Below are positions 50,601 to 64,000 of a stretch of 64,000 bases of DNA, piece after piece. Under the pieces are notes generated by a model. The model had not been told where the DNA came from and ran no database searches. It saw only the letters and a program-made list of their open reading frames with translations. Origin of the DNA: Microbotryum violaceum. Lineage: Eukaryota. The stretch covers positions 186,001 to 250,000 of the forward strand of contig CDLV01000016.1 of assembly GCA_001244265.2 (NCBI GenBank), read 5' to 3'. Position 1 is the stretch's first letter. The number at the start of each line of letters is the position of its first letter. A program made the position numbers and the translations under genes.

Positions 50601-51421
50601 CGAGTTTCCCAACTTCTTTGCCGGCAGGTGGAGGGACGGCCGGTGGAGAGAATGGGGGTGGAGCTTCGACCTCGATGTCGACGGATGTGGCGCCGAGGAG
50701 GGGTTTCACAACGACGACGATTGATCATGGGCAGATACTGGTCTCGGTCACGCTGATACCGTTGAGAGCGATCAAGAGATCGAATCACGGTGCGGTCACG
50801 AATCAAGATGATCGGAATACGGTCGATCAGGACCTCGATGATGAGGTTGCTTCCATGCCCTTGGCGACGGGACGTCGAACGACCTTCAAGTTCCCTTCGC
50901 CTTTATCATCCCCTTCACCCTCGGGTGGATCACCTCAATTCCAAGATACGTCCAGTTCCAATCCCGATTCGACATCCTCCCCAGCTCTCGATACAATTGA
51001 CGGTCCCCACTACCGAGCCCCACGTGTCGGCCTTTTGGACGTCTTCCTCGTCGAAGTCTTCGTCGTCAACCGCAGCGACCAAGTCAAACGGTTCACCGTT
51101 GGAGTACCGGCCGCTTCCGAAGCCGACGACGCCTCCAAGAAAGCCTGGTTCGAAAACCCCAACCCGCCCACCACCACGGCACTTCAAGCCGCCCAAGCTC
51201 GAAAAGGGGGGAGGACCAAAACCCCGGTGGCGAGTTTGGTCGCGTTGGAGAATGATGTGAGGATCGGACCGTTGGTGCCTAGGTCTTGTGCTAGTGTGAC
51301 TTTGAGGTTTTTGGCGATTCGTCCGGGGGCGCATCGGTTGAATGAGTTGAGGATGGTGGATTTAGCGACGGGTTTGGAGACGAGGTTCAAGGAACCGTTG
51401 GCGGTGGTGGTGGAGGCTTAG
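47620..51421 (+). CDS. TRAPP II subunit Trs65-like protein, multi-exon
   Basis: C-terminal LVALENDVRIGPLVPRSCASVTLRFLAIRPG..L.ELRMVDL matches the Trs65 C-terminal domain pattern; long ORFs joined by short introns. Confidence 0.7.
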
Positions 51422-51802
51422 GTGGAGGTGGGGGGTGGAATTGAGGTGCGACTGGCCATACAATTTCACCGATTAAAGGATGAGAGTGGCTCTCGTAGGA
51501 GAGACCGCTTCAGGTGGTCTAGAAAGCATGAGTCTTCGCCAACACAGGGGCCCTTGAATATCGTGGCCGAGCACATGATGCATCGAGCTCGGCGCGGAGC
51601 CAGTCCAGTCCCAAATCAAGCCACACGCGGCACCGTAGCTCGGAGAGCGTGGCCGCCGGCGTGATCATCCATCATCCCCTCGGATCAATAGTATAAGTTG
51701 AGAAGCTCAGGGTAGGTGTGTACCTGTGGTCACTTGTTGGCTGCTTCCGTCTTTCCTCTTCTCCTCCTGCTACCTGCTCCTGAATCCGTTAAAGTTGGCG
51801 AA

Positions 51803-54073
51803 ATGACACGACGAAGGCTTACCCAACGTGGTGCCGAGAGGACGTCGACGGATCCGAGATCGCATCCCAATCTGCACCGTTTGAACACCGCCCGCCCTCC
51901 CACGAGGGCGATCGCTGCCGCCGTGATTATATGCGCAGCCCAAGCCCAAGCCCAAGCAGCAACTTCGACTTCCTACTTGAATGGTTTGACGCATTTTGGG
52001 CAATAGTAAGCCCCTTTTGAGGTATATTATCTCGGTGATGGATGGAAGTCTGAATTATCCCCTTTCACATTTCGATCGTCCCTCAGCTCGCCATATCAAC
52101 CGAGCGCAACATACGGTTCCGGCTCCCCTGAGTGGGTTGGTAAGATCCTACAGGTAAGATTGGAGGACCCTCCGCAAAACCAAATTCTCCCTAATTGCAC
52201 AGGGTCTGAAGACGTCGCTGCTACGCTTACAGGTCAATATACTGCAAAGCAATGGAGCGAGCGAACCCACTGCGAAATTATCGGCAGCGATGCAAGCCTC
52301 GGTCAAGAAAGTCGCTGGTCGACCCAAGTATAGTCTAAAGGAGATGGAGTTCCTGTCCAACTACACCTAGTATACTCTCGGCAGTGACGGAGCTTTGATG
52401 CCGTATGGAAGGACCGAGTGAGTCTTGCTGGCACTAGTAAGGGTGGGACGCAGCAGCACTGATCACTCGATTGCGTAATTGGCCTCGGATCGTGAAGATC
52501 TTATGCTGCTGGTGACTTGGCCTCGACTAGGCATGGCTGCAAGAAGGACGACGACTGCGAGCCCTTTATTCGATCTTCGGTGAGTTTGAACGTTGGCTTT
52601 TCATCCTAAACCACTCCCTTACGGTCACTCAGGCTAATATTGTTTCACCTTAGGCATCAGCCAGGGTCAAAGAATCGTCAGAACAGTGGTTGAAGGGTTT
52701 CATGAGCGAGGCTGGATACGGTGTCTCGGGTTCGGTCACATCCCCCTGTCATTATATGGTTGCATCGTCCTTCAGTCTACGTATAGTACCTGTTATGGTA
52801 CTTCATCTTGAGCCTCTAGCGACTTCATGAATCCCTTCAGCACCTCATTTGTCTTACCCTTTTTTAGTCACTATTAGCTCTTTATTATCTCCGCTTATCA
52901 TCCCTTCCTAGTCCTTCTGGAGTTTGTCCCTTAGCCTTTGGCCACTCTGTTCTCGTCCCGTTCCATTGGACTGAGTCGTGGTCTTCATCAGGTATGCATT
53001 CTCTGGAATCCTACTTACTCTGTTCTCGTCCCGTTCCATTGGACTGAGTCGTGGTCTTCATCAGTTACCACATGAGAACATTTTTACAATACCCCCGAAA
53101 CCAAAGGCAGCAACAATACGTTGTTTGACAACTGCCCTAATCTTGTCAGCTCCCTCCCTTCGGCACAGGAAGAATGGAGAGCCGTGTGGATGCCTCCTAT
53201 CATTGAGAGGCTACAGAGGGACGAGGACTTTGGACTCGATAGTCTTGTGAGATGTTCAAGCCAGCTAGTCTTCAGTGACGGAACCCGGATTTGCTCACAA
53301 TAGTTTGTTTTGCGCAGGATATCGTCCACTTCTCTTACAAGTGCGCTTTCGAGTCCCTCGCGATCAACGCCACTTTTCCCTTCTGCGGATTGTTCCGTCG
53401 ATCAGAGCTGCAGTACATCGAATACGATGCCGACTTGGACAAGTACTACGAGCCCTCGTACGGTGCTAGACTCGCTCGATCACAAGCTGTGGGCTATCTC
53501 AGCGAGGTGTTGGCGCGCCTGGAAAGTGATCGGGACTACGTCAACGCAGACCGGATTCAAGTCAACCACACCGTCGACTCGAATCCAAAAACGTTCCCGC
53601 TCCGAGTCAAGTTCATGCACGCCGATTTCACCCACGACGATCAGCTGCTCGCGGTCCTCACACTATTGGGCTTTTTCCAGGATTCGGCATTGAGTACGAC
53701 ACTGCCATGCCCGATGCGCACGTTTGTCGCGAGCAAGACGGTCCCCTTCGCGGGGAGATTGGTGATCGAGCAAGTATACACGCCTATCTGGGAACATATG
53801 TCTTGGTTCCGGCATGAAACCGTAAGGATCCTAGTGAATGATAAGCGAATGGATCTCAGCAAAATCTGCACCAAAGTCAGTAATCCTCAGCCCCATCGTC
53901 AAGGATTGAAGCGCCGGGTAGACCGATCGCTGACTCGCTTTCTTAGGGTATAGGATGCGCTCACGTATGGAGGAACGTTGTGCGAGTATCGGCGTTTTGC
54001 GGTGACTTTGAAGAAGACCATAGAGATAGCGACCAAGGAGTTTGAAGGTTGTGGATTCGTACCCGCGATATAG
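51803..54073 (+). pseudogene. Histidine acid phosphatase/phytase pseudogene
   Basis: FGQY|SPY, FL..Y.YTLG, NNTL..NCP, ADFTHDD, SKTVPFAGRL, VRILVND. RHGxRxP position reads SNGASEP; in-frame TAG at 52368-52370; insert at ~52750-53064; apparent frameshift near 53095. Confidence 0.8.
52747..53064 (+). mobile_element. Solo-LTR-like AT/CT-rich insert with duplicated 3' end
   Basis: Composition shift inside the phytase gene; possible TG starts at 52747 or 52791; ends ...gtcttcatca. Exact 48-bp direct repeat at 52944-52991 and 53017-53064. No clear target-site duplication. Confidence 0.5.
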
Positions 54074-54572
54074 GCTAGGATTTGGTATACGAGGCAAAAC
54101 CAGATGTATAGAGCGGAGAAGAGACTCAGCTGCGTGCGCGCTCACGGCTTCGCAAGAGACAGGGGTAGGAGCCCGGCGGTGACCCAGCCGAGGCGGCATG
54201 GACTCGAGGCGTTCGCGCTGTTCTAAAGAGCTCCTAGGTACCATTGTCTGGGTGGCAAGGCTCATCTCTGAGGCGTGAAAGAGTGCGGCGGGGTGTTGGC
54301 ACTTTTCCTTATCGGTTCGATTGAAACAAATCCCCAGTCTGAGTGATCCAGGCTGGGTGGCGCCGGCCGAAAGCGCGTGGCCTATAATACCCCGTGCCAG
54401 GCAGGGTTGGAGTGGGTCCGAGCGCACGGCGGAGACGATTCGAGGCTGCCGGCCCGCGCCGTTTCCAGCTTGACCGGCTAGCCCCCACAACGACGACCGT
54501 ACACGCCCCACTCCGCCTCGCACCTTCTCACCTCACTGCGCACCCAGCGTAGATCGCCACAACTTGTCCGAG

Positions 54573-56598
54573 ATGCGCGTCGTCCTCTCCTCAAGCCTTC
54601 CGATGTGGACGAGCGTCGGGGTGCTGCTGTCGTCGACATTCGCGTCGGTCGTCGGTCTGAGCTCGACCTACGTGTCGCCCTCGCCCTTCCACGCCTCGTC
54701 GATCGTCTCGACCGTCAACGTCGGCGGACCGCTCACGACGACGTTCACCTCCTACACACTCAACTATCAACCCGGCGCCGACAGTGGGAGCTCGGACGAG
54801 AAGAATTCGCATTGGACTGTCGGGGTCGAGGGCCAGCCGGGCTTTGTCGAGGCGAGGATCGGTAGGGGCCCGCACAAGCAGAAGGCGTTGCTCGAGGTCG
54901 AGGAGGTCAAGAGCAGTGTTGGTCAAGAGTGAGTATCCAGTGGTCAGGCTGCTTGATGTTCTTCGATCAGGATCGAATATGCGGGCTCGCGGTCAGCCCA
55001 AGTTCAAGCTCTGGCGCTGGGGCCTCGGCAGTGGAGCCAGGTCAACAACATTCCTCCCCAAGAATCGACAGCTCTTTTGGAAATACATTATTCTGGCAAC
55101 TGGAGGGACCCAGAGTGCCTACGGGAAACATCAGCACATGTGCTCTGGCTCCTCGCCCAAGTAGGGCTACGTAGCAGCCAAAAATGTCCTAGACCAGTCG
55201 AAATTCCGCAGGGACTGACCCGACCCTATTGCGTACTCCATTTAACAGAGGCCTGACCTTTTACGCCATCACCGTACCCAAGCCGACCGACGAATCCGCG
55301 CAGACGGTCGTCACCCTTGAGACCGTGACCGCGCACCTGAACAAACCCCTCGAGGAAAGCCGTCCCCAAGTCACCGAGGGTGTGCGTATGCAATGGTCCT
55401 CGGACATCTCGCACCTGCTCGCCGGCCTCGACCCCGCGGATGTGACCGCGCTCGAATCGATCAAGATCAAGGTCGTGTGCCCCACTCCTCGCATCAGCGA
55501 AGTCAAGGCCCCGCCTTTGTTTGACGAATCGCATCCTCAGGGCGGAGCGACCGTTACGTTCACGAGCAAGGGTGCGCCGAGCGATATCTTCGTCCCTAGT
55601 AGTGGACCGCAGATCGCCTCGGTCGTGTACCAGTTGTCCGAAGCGATCCCGAGCGTCAGGAAATTGGAACGCATCGTCGAAACCAGTCACTGGGGCGCCA
55701 AGGCCAGCTTCCAAGACAACATTGACCTGTACAATCCTGAACCAAAGTAAGTCATTTTTGCGGAGACAATAGGGACTCTGGACCGCATTGATCCTCATTC
55801 CCCCGTCCACAGACTCCAAGGCCACTTCTCGCGCCTAGAGCACCAGCGTCTGATGATGCAAAACCGCGCCAAGGCCAACTCCATCACCGACCTCTCGATC
55901 CAACTCCCCGCGGGAGCCAACAACGCCTACTACTACGACCTCGTCGGCAACGTATCCACCTCCAACTTCCGCCCTTCCCCTCCCTTGACTTTGACGCAGA
56001 AGAGTAAAGGAAAGGCTCCGGCCCCGGCTCTGTTGGAACTCAAGCCTAGGTACCCGCTTCAAGGAGGCTGGAACTATTCGTTCACGATTGGGTTCGATGT
56101 TCCTTTGAGTGATTCGGTCAAGGCTTTGAACAGGAACGATGGGAAGAGGACGTTCTTGCTCGCGGTGCCTTTCGTCACTCCTCTCAAGGACGTCGCCATG
56201 GATGATGTGACGGTCGAGATTCGTTTACCCGAAGGCGCTTCGTGAGTACTCCGAGCCTTTTTTTTTACCAAAACGTTCGGTGTTCCAACTTCCACCTAAT
56301 TTTACACCCCCCTTTCTTCAACCTCGACAGTGACATCAAAGTGACCCCACCCTTCCCCGTCGACTCGCTCACCATCGACGCCCTCTCAAAAGGCTACCTC
56401 GACTCCACGGGCCGACCGACCGTGAGACTGTACAAACGCTCCTGTTCGGATCGTCACAGTTCGCCCATCTTCGTCGAATATTCGTTACCCTTGTACAGGG
56501 AGTTCTTGCAGAAACCTTTGAGTGTCGCGATGGTGATGTTGACGGTTTTCGTGTTGACTTTGATCGCGAGGAGGACCGAGTGGGCAATTCCGAAATAG
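54573..56598 (+). CDS. OST1: Oligosaccharyltransferase subunit ribophorin I, multi-exon
   Basis: Signal peptide, ERIVETSHWG, LQGHFSR, YYYDLVGNVSTSNFR, LELKPRYPLQGGWNYSFTIG, LPEGA, YLDSTGRP, C-terminal transmembrane segment. Confidence 0.92.
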
Positions 56599-56867
56599 AG
56601 GATGGAATGGAAGCAAAGGCGAAAAAGGAGTTTGTCGATTTCTTTTCTTGGAATTGGGTGCAATTGAAAGTGCGCAAACCAGTGAAAGAGATTTTGTGGT
56701 CTCGTGAGAAAAGGCTTTCCAAGTACATGAACCTTCGAAGGTACCAAAACTACGTTTTCACATGGGTATAAAAGCACATTGTAAGCAAGCCACCAACTAC
56801 TTCTGAAGAACTCAACAGCGTTTTCACAGGGGTATAAAACACATTGCAAGCGAGCAACTAGAAATTC

Positions 56868-59138
56868 TCAAGAACCCAATAACGACCCCATGGTCAAATC
56901 CGGGAACAGCGTTTCGAATTGGGGCATATTCGCCGGCCACTCGAACAAATGCGCCGGCAAGCCCAACAACGCACTCGCATCCGCACTGACGTTACTGGGC
57001 CGGATCAGGAGGTCCAGATCGGCGATGTGTTTGTCGAGGACCAAGGCGGCGTTCATGATCAGGTTCGATTGGGTGCCGCCGTTCGCGGCGAGGAGCTTGA
57101 TAATGCGGGACATGTCGCGCAGGATCGATTGGACGGAGATGAGCGTCGATTGAGAGGTCACGGCGGGGGCGGCTCCGCTTTGCAGGACGATACCGACGCC
57201 GATCAGTTGGTAGAACTGTGGGGGACGGGTGGGAAACGATCGTAAGTCGAAGTCAGCATGGAGGAGGAACGTGAAGTTTGTATCGCGCGGTGAAGATGCT
57301 GGACTGACCAAGGGCATGTTCATCGCCTGCAGGTATTCCGCAGGGACTTGATTCAACGATTTGACCAGCTGCAATGCAACCGCGACACCTTCCTCAGTCG
57401 TGAACCCATTCCTCGCGCACAACGATATGATGCTCGCATTTTGGAACGTCAGAAGAAGATTGAGCGCCGTGAAGTTGAGGCGATGGAGTTGGATCTCTTG
57501 ACCGGGGGGAACGGGACGGAACTGGGTACACCACCGCGGCAACGACTTGCGCAACGCTTCGATAGCCCCTGTCAACAGTGTGGAAGCATGTCCTTGGTTC
57601 GGGCTAACGAGAAGAGGTCGGGTCAGAGCTGAAGCATGGGATACGTTGCGGTACGCGTTGCAGGCGTGTTCGAGGAGGCGATAGACGTCCGAGGTCTTGT
57701 TCCAGCCTTCGATCCAATACGATGAAGGCACGTCGGGCATCTCGGTCGGGTATGATACATCGACCTGGACCTCTCGATGCAGGATCGGCCCGCCCACAAC
57801 AACGGACGTATAGACGTCGTGTTGGTAAATGAGCCAAACGAGGTGTCTCATCTCGTCGCGCTCGACGACGGACAGATCGTTGGGCCACATCTGCTCCGAG
57901 TGCAAGTTGTTCTGCCCCGCCATGGCGAAGTAGACGCCCATCCAATACGCAAGCTCGTCGAACAGACCGAATTGAACGGCAGCGATGGTGAGCAACCCCG
58001 ATGCTCGAATGTCGTCAAAGGCATGGCGTTGACCCGAGATGGGGCCGATGCGGATCGTTCGTCGAGCCGCGTCCAAGAATTCTTCGGGCACGTCCGGCGG
58101 CGGTCGATTGAGATGCGACAACTCGGGAGGAGACACGAAGATGGTCGAAGGTCCACACTCTCGCCACCGAGCGGAGGCAACGGCACACAAACTGAGTACG
58201 GTGGCACAAAGCGGTCGGTTGGTGAGGTACTCTTGAGACCGGATTCGAGGGACGAACGTCGGCCAGTGGAACAAGGGGGTGCAGGGGTATATGGTCTGGT
58301 AGTAGTACTCGCACAGGAGAGGGATCGAACCGCTGTGAGCAACCTCTGGCGGTTGCCAAGACGTGGATGCAGGCAAGGAGGAGGTAGCTGGAGGTGGTGC
58401 CGCGGTGGAGGCATTGGAAGAAGAAGCGGTCGCGGCGACGCCGTTTTCGGCCGCTGCTGCTGCTGCCCCAGACGACGGCTGCTTCGTCTGCGCCTGTTTC
58501 GCCTGTCTCGGATGTGGGTTCGAGCTCGACGTCGAGGTATTATTGATCGACGAAGGACTCTCGTCAAAAGAGCTGGCGGGTGATCGTCCGGGATCAATAC
58601 ACTTGGGTGTCGGCTGGAAGTGGGGAAAACGCGATCCCGAGGAAGCGAAGTGGGGGTCAGTTCTAAGCGCTCGGCATAGAATAATCCGAAGCGGACCAGG
58701 CTGCATGTCGTCTCTGGCTTGGCGACGTACGCCGCGGGTCAACTTGGGTCGGTCGTAGGTGCAGCTCTTGTGGGTGGTCTCGCACGCATTACATTGCCCG
58801 TTTTCGTTTTGAACACACTGTGCGGGGAAGAGATGGATCAGCTCTTGTGAAGGGCTGCGAGTGGTGGGGTGAAGCCCTAAATTGGGCTCGAGGCCAGGGC
58901 TGCATAAAAGGTCTCTTGGCGTGGGCGGCGGGGGTCGGCGCACGACTCGCGACAGATACTTTCTTCGAGGGACGAGCATTGAGCAGGAGCCCGGGTAGCC
59001 AGCGCTACGGAGCACGAACGATCACGAGAACGGACGACTCGCCTTGATGCTTCGGGCATGGCACTGATCGCACGCCCTCGTGATCCTACGCCGCTTCGCA
59101 CCCTTGTCGCTCGTCGATCCGCGTTCGGTATCGGCCAT
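56868..59138 (-). CDS. Zn(II)2Cys6 fungal transcription factor, multi-exon
   Basis: RRRITRACDQCHARSIK|CVQNENGQCNAC....SCTY cluster split by an intron; fungal TF middle homology region YYQTIYPCTPLFHWPTF...ERDEMRHLVW. Confidence 0.9.
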
Positions 59139-60410
59139 GACGTCTCGCGCGCGCAAGAGTGGATTCCTCGCTCTTTGGATGGGCCGAATCAGCTCAAGAC
59201 TCAAGTTACGCTGGCCGTTGACGGTCAATGGTCAGCTCCGGGTCCAGCCGACGGCAGGTCTCGATCAAGCCGTCGCCCGTCGACGCGGAGAAGTGACACT
59301 GCTGCAGGGGAGAGAGAGCACACGCTCTGGCCCGGAGTTTTTCCAAACCAGTGGGGCAGCCGACGCCGCAAGTCCACTCCGCGCGTGCCAGTTCGGTTCT
59401 CGCTCGGGGGCCATTTTTGCTCCTCGAACCTGATGTGGGCTCCTGGCTCGCTCCCGCACCGCATTCATCATCCAGGGCGGGCAACAGATCAAGATCAGAT
59501 CAAAAGGCTCCCCTCCCCAAGTTTCCCAGAGAATTCAGGGGCGTTTACGGTTACTGAACGAGACCTCTTGATGTTTCTCGGCGAAATTAAGATTTCCCTC
59601 GATTCGCTAGGATGAGGTACCGTCGACCCCGAAGATAGCGAGATCGATCTTCGGTGTTAGCGGGACCTCAAAATCGAATGCAACGTGATGTGACCGAGAC
59701 TTGAAGCGTCGTTGCCGATCGCGTGCAGTGACTGCTCCAGCTCTTGCGAGGGGTTCACCGGCCGCTTTTGTGGGCCTGGTTGATGAGAGGGTCTCCTCTC
59801 TTTGCAGCGGTCACATTTTGCAGAGCTTCCCCCGGATTAGGTTGATACCCACCCTCTAGTTTTGACTGTGTCTTCCAACCCCGAGAAATCATCAGCCCAA
59901 ACTCGGCCACTCTCAGTCGGCAATCTAATCAAAAACCTCGCAGGTCTCCTGAAATGATCTGCTCGCGCTAAATCGGCGATCGAGGTCGTCAGGAGTCCCC
60001 TTTCCCGGCTACGTTGGAAATCCGTAGCGGGCAAATCATCTCTTAGCGCCTGAAGAGTTGGTATGTATAGTCGTTGACAGCGAATCGATCGAGACCGACA
60101 TGCCTCCTTTTCGATCCAGTATTTTGGAAAAGGGTTTCGGGCAAGTGTTCGCCGAATCCCTTCACGACAATCCCGAGTGTGGCTCGACATGTCGTATCGC
60201 ACGTGCACGTTAGGGCCAAGACACGGCGCAGACTGGATGATGATGATGACATGATGACCTGTCGTCGCCGATCGCCGACGGGGCCCACCACCGTCACGTG
60301 AGCGCGCGGCAATCCGCCAAAAAAGTGACGTTCGACTACTACTCGCACCGAAACTCTGCCCTCCCTCCAATCCGCACAGTGTACTCCGGATAGAGGAGGT
60401 GGCCCGCACG

Positions 60411-62010
60411 ATGGCCTTCTTCGGATCCAACTCGTCCGTATCTCGGCCATCGCTGCTCAACACCGAACCCAAGGACGTCGAAGTCGGCAACCTCCCTCCC
60501 GATTCGACTTCTTCGTTGGCCTGGTCTCCCGTCGCGAACCTCCTCGCCGTCGCATCATGGTCGTCCCACGTGCGTCTCTACGAAGTTGATGCCCAAGGTC
60601 AAGCACAAGGAAAGGCCGAATTCAATCATGACGCGCCCGTCTTGTCGGTCGTTTGGAGCAAAGATGGGACCAAGGTGTTGAGCGGTGGAGGTGATAACAA
60701 GGCAAAATTGTTCGATCTCAATACGGGACAGGCGACCCAGGTCGCGCAGCATGAACAACCTATCCGGATCGTCAAGTGGATCGATCAGGGCAACGGACTG
60801 TTGGGTGCGTGTAGCAGGTGTTGGGGCCGTTCCTGTGGACGTGACGGCGCGAGGGCGGCTGAGCTAATCGAGTTCGGGTCGGATGTCAGCTACTGGATCA
60901 TGGGATCGTACGATCAAGTACTGGGACCTGAGGACGCCCAACCCCGTCGGAGCGGTACAACTAGCCGAGAGGTGCTACAGTAGGCCCTTACCTTTCCTCT
61001 TCACTCATCGTCGCACCCGCGCGTTGATCGTGTCCCACCAACTTATTCTACTTGTGCTCCGCTGACGCCTCCCACCTCGTGCACCTAGCCATGGACGTGC
61101 GAGGCAACCTGATGGTCGTCGGAACGGCCGAGCGCAAGATCCAAATCATCAACCTGCAAAGCCCCACCACCGTCTTCAAGACGCTCGACTCGCCGCTGCG
61201 ATGGCAAACTCGAGTGGTCCGTTTCCAGAAATCTTCCCTCGTCGCTGGTCATGGCGTCACGCTCACGTTCGAAACTCCTCGATGCAATAGGTCTCGTGCT
61301 TCCCTGATGCGTCCGGATATGCCCTCGGAACAATAGAAGGACGTGTAGCCATCCAGTGAGTTCTGCTTACTTTAATGAATCATGCTAGACCCATCGAGCT
61401 GACCCGAGAAATCCCAAAGACATCTCGACGAGAAGATGCAGTCCGCCAACTTCACCTTCAAGGTATGTCATCTCTCCATCCAATCCCCCTAATCGTCAAA
61501 ACTTTTGATAACATTCATTCACAACAGTGCCACCGCAAAGACGGTCCCGCGCCCTCGAAATCACAAACCGTCTACGCGGTCAATGCGATCTCCTTCCACC
61601 CCTTGGGCACGTTCACCACCGCAGGATCGGACGGGACATGGCATTCTTGGGATTACAGCGCCAAGACACGGCTCAAGTGTGAGCAAACCCTGAACGCCCT
61701 GGAAGCGAGGCTCCTGTCCCCGGAACGCTCCCCCCTCTGACGCTATGCTTTCTTGAGCAGCATTCGATTTCAAAGGCGGCCCGATCGTCGCGACCGACTT
61801 CAATTCGACGGGCAGCATCTTCGCCTACGCCGTCGCGAACGATTGGTCCCAAGGGCATACGGGCAACCGACCCGACTTCATCAACAAGGTCTTCTTGCAT
61901 CCTTGTAAAGTAAGTCAAAACACGCTAATTCACCGTCCTGCGTTCGAACGAGCCTGACCTTACGCCTCATCAAAAAGGACGACGAAGTCAAACCTCGAGC
62001 CAAGAAGTAG
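60411..62010 (+). CDS. GLE2: WD40 poly(A)+ mRNA export factor Rae1/Gle2, multi-exon
   Basis: [76 protein letters not shown]. Confidence 0.92.
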
Positions 62011-62250
62011 TGAAAAACGTGCTTCGCTTGAACGTTGGGGACATGCCATGTCATTCATGTAATAGTCGCTTCTTTGTACAATTCATAGTCTAGAATGGAA
62101 TGACAGACGTGTTGCAAGAGCAGAGAAATCTATTGCTGTCAGGCATCTGCCCAACCAGCGGAAGGCAGCGGGTTTATTATATTCGATATGAGAATGTGTG
62201 AAAGGAGCGAAGCGAAGAGGATGCGGGAGCGTGATGATATACTAGTGCGT

Positions 62251-64000
62251 TCAGACCTTCTTACCGATACGACTACCCATACGGACAAGTGTTTCGATCT
62301 ATGAGCGAGGATAAGTAACAAAGGTTCAGTCCCCTGTCCTCTGGCCGTGTAGGATTAAAAAAACACTCACCGAGTTGTTCGAGTTGGCCACAAGATCTTC
62401 ATCGAACTGCACATTGTTGAAGAGACACACGATCGTGCTGCCACCAAAGGCAAAGCTGTAGCGAACGCCAATTCTTCTCGTCAGTCCTCCTCGGTTCTCC
62501 TTCACGCGAAGTCTCAAGGTGCTCGAGGTGCAGCTTACTACCCCGTCTCGTCACCTCGCTTCACCTCCTGACCTTCCGTGGCCGTCATTGCGATCTATTC
62601 GGCATCCAAACAGTTCGAATCAGGACTTGTGTGATGCAACGAATACGCATCCCCGATCTCACCGATCCGACGAGCATGGCACCAATCCAAACCGTCACGA
62701 CCTCGCCAAAGACCGCTGCACATGCATCGCCATCAAAGTCAGCCACTTTGATGCTGACGATTGTTAAACCACCGAGCAGAATATTGAGCTTACGCGACAA
62801 GACTGTCCCGACCAGGCGTTTGTTCTCGCCATAGACATCGATCGCCGAACGAATAGCCATAGGGTTCACGGTGAAGAGTTTCCCCGGAACGAGGTGTTGA
62901 GGTCCCATGACCCCGTCCACAGGACTGCGAATCGGTTGGTCGGTCCCAGATGAGTGCACCCCTCACGCGATCTGCGATCTATTCAAAGGTTCCACTACTT
63001 GACTCACGAATGATATCGATGATAATCCTGAGGCGCGAGTCGGAAGATGGCCAAGCTGGCATTCTCAAACTCGTGCGCCTTGTGCTGGAGTTGCTCACCG
63101 AGCAAGCGAGCGACGGAAAACTCGCGCCCTTTGATCCAGATCTTGGTGGCGGCTTTCACGGTGGGGAAAAACATGGCTCGGCACTGTGCGGAGTGATTTT
63201 TTCGTCTTAGCTTATGTATCGGGTAGCAAAACCGAGGAATTAATAACAACGCACATCGGCCGGAGACACAAGGGTCGTTGGGTCGTCCGGGTCCGCGACG
63301 GGGCGCGCCTCGGGCTTGAGTTTGCGATAAAAGAACTCATTGAAGGTCTTAAATGACGACAAGGGATCTCGTACCTCGTCGAGGTTGAGGTTGTGAAAGT
63401 CGATGAAAGGGGGAATGTCTCGGACGGAGGCTGGAGAGTCGTACTTAATGCCCTGCTTCTTGGACATGGAGTCGAGCAGGCGGGCGACTGTGACCAAAGA
63501 CATGCCTTGAGGTCAGTCACCAATCGCACTGAAGAGTTCTCGCAACTCACTTCTGGCCCCTTCCATACCACCGCCGGCACCTAAACCACGGTAAGCCAAC
63601 CTCATTCCAAGTCGCACCTAAAAAAAAGAGCATTGGTACGTTTAGTGCCTGCGGACTGCAGAGAAACCGAGCCAACCACCTCCACACTAACATAGATAGC
63701 GATCTTTTCCTCGATGAGATTCCCCGTCTGACGATCCAGCACGATGATGTTGGCCGAATCTGCGCCGATTTTGTAAGCCCCACGGGTTGCCCTGGCGATC
63801 GCTTTGGACAGCCACTTGCGTTGCGCTTGATGAGCCGTCACGTACTCGGCCACGACGATGCGATTGACGGACCGAGGGTCGGTCGAGGAGCAGATACCCA
63901 AATGGGTGATGATGTCGACTTCGGCCTTGGAGTTCATTCGAGGCGCATGACACAAGGGGCATTGACGGACGTTGATGACCCTCTCGACGGCTCGGTCTTT
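62251..64000 (-). CDS. PSD2: Phosphatidylserine decarboxylase 2 proenzyme, 3' part (5' end beyond window)
   Basis: FKTFNEFFYRKLKP, IWIKGREFS, AIFRLAPQDYHRYH, TVNPMAIRS..DVYGEN, IGAMLVGS, FGGSTIV self-cleavage motif, last exon ETLVRMGSRIGKKV*. Confidence 0.94.

Noticed and set aside
52003-52008. Apparent TAG TAA double stop early in the phytase gene
   Set aside because: Explained by an intron (TA|GTAAGC...CAG|C) restoring QYSPY.

Overview
Eukaryotic, intron-rich, GC-rich fungal DNA with GT-AG introns and CTGAC/CTAAC branch points. Gene style suggests a basidiomycete, possibly Microbotryomycetes; this is inference. Bases 1-22 kb are repeat-rich. A large inverted repeat (1-2370 vs 11728-14120, running off the left edge) carries the promoter and 5' part of a secreted GH17-like glucanase gene. 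It brackets a 9.4 kb segment holding a GST, a PI-PLC-X-like gene, a hypothetical gene and an intron-containing tRNA-Lys(UUU). The outer ~1.08 kb of the arms looks identical while the inner ~1.3 kb is diverged. The right GH17 copy is a pseudogene cut by an L1/Tx1-like LINE that starts a stack of poly(A)-tailed ends. Bases 23-64 kb are mostly housekeeping genes: Sec7 ARF-GEF, APS kinase (start codon apparently split by an intron), two tandem G-alpha genes, putative mitoribosomal bL31m, class II HDAC, proteasome beta6, Trs65-like, ribophorin I, a Zn2Cys6 factor, Rae1/Gle2 and Psd2. A Helitron fragment and a decayed phytase pseudogene with an LTR-like insert lie among them. Exon boundaries were read by eye and are approximate.
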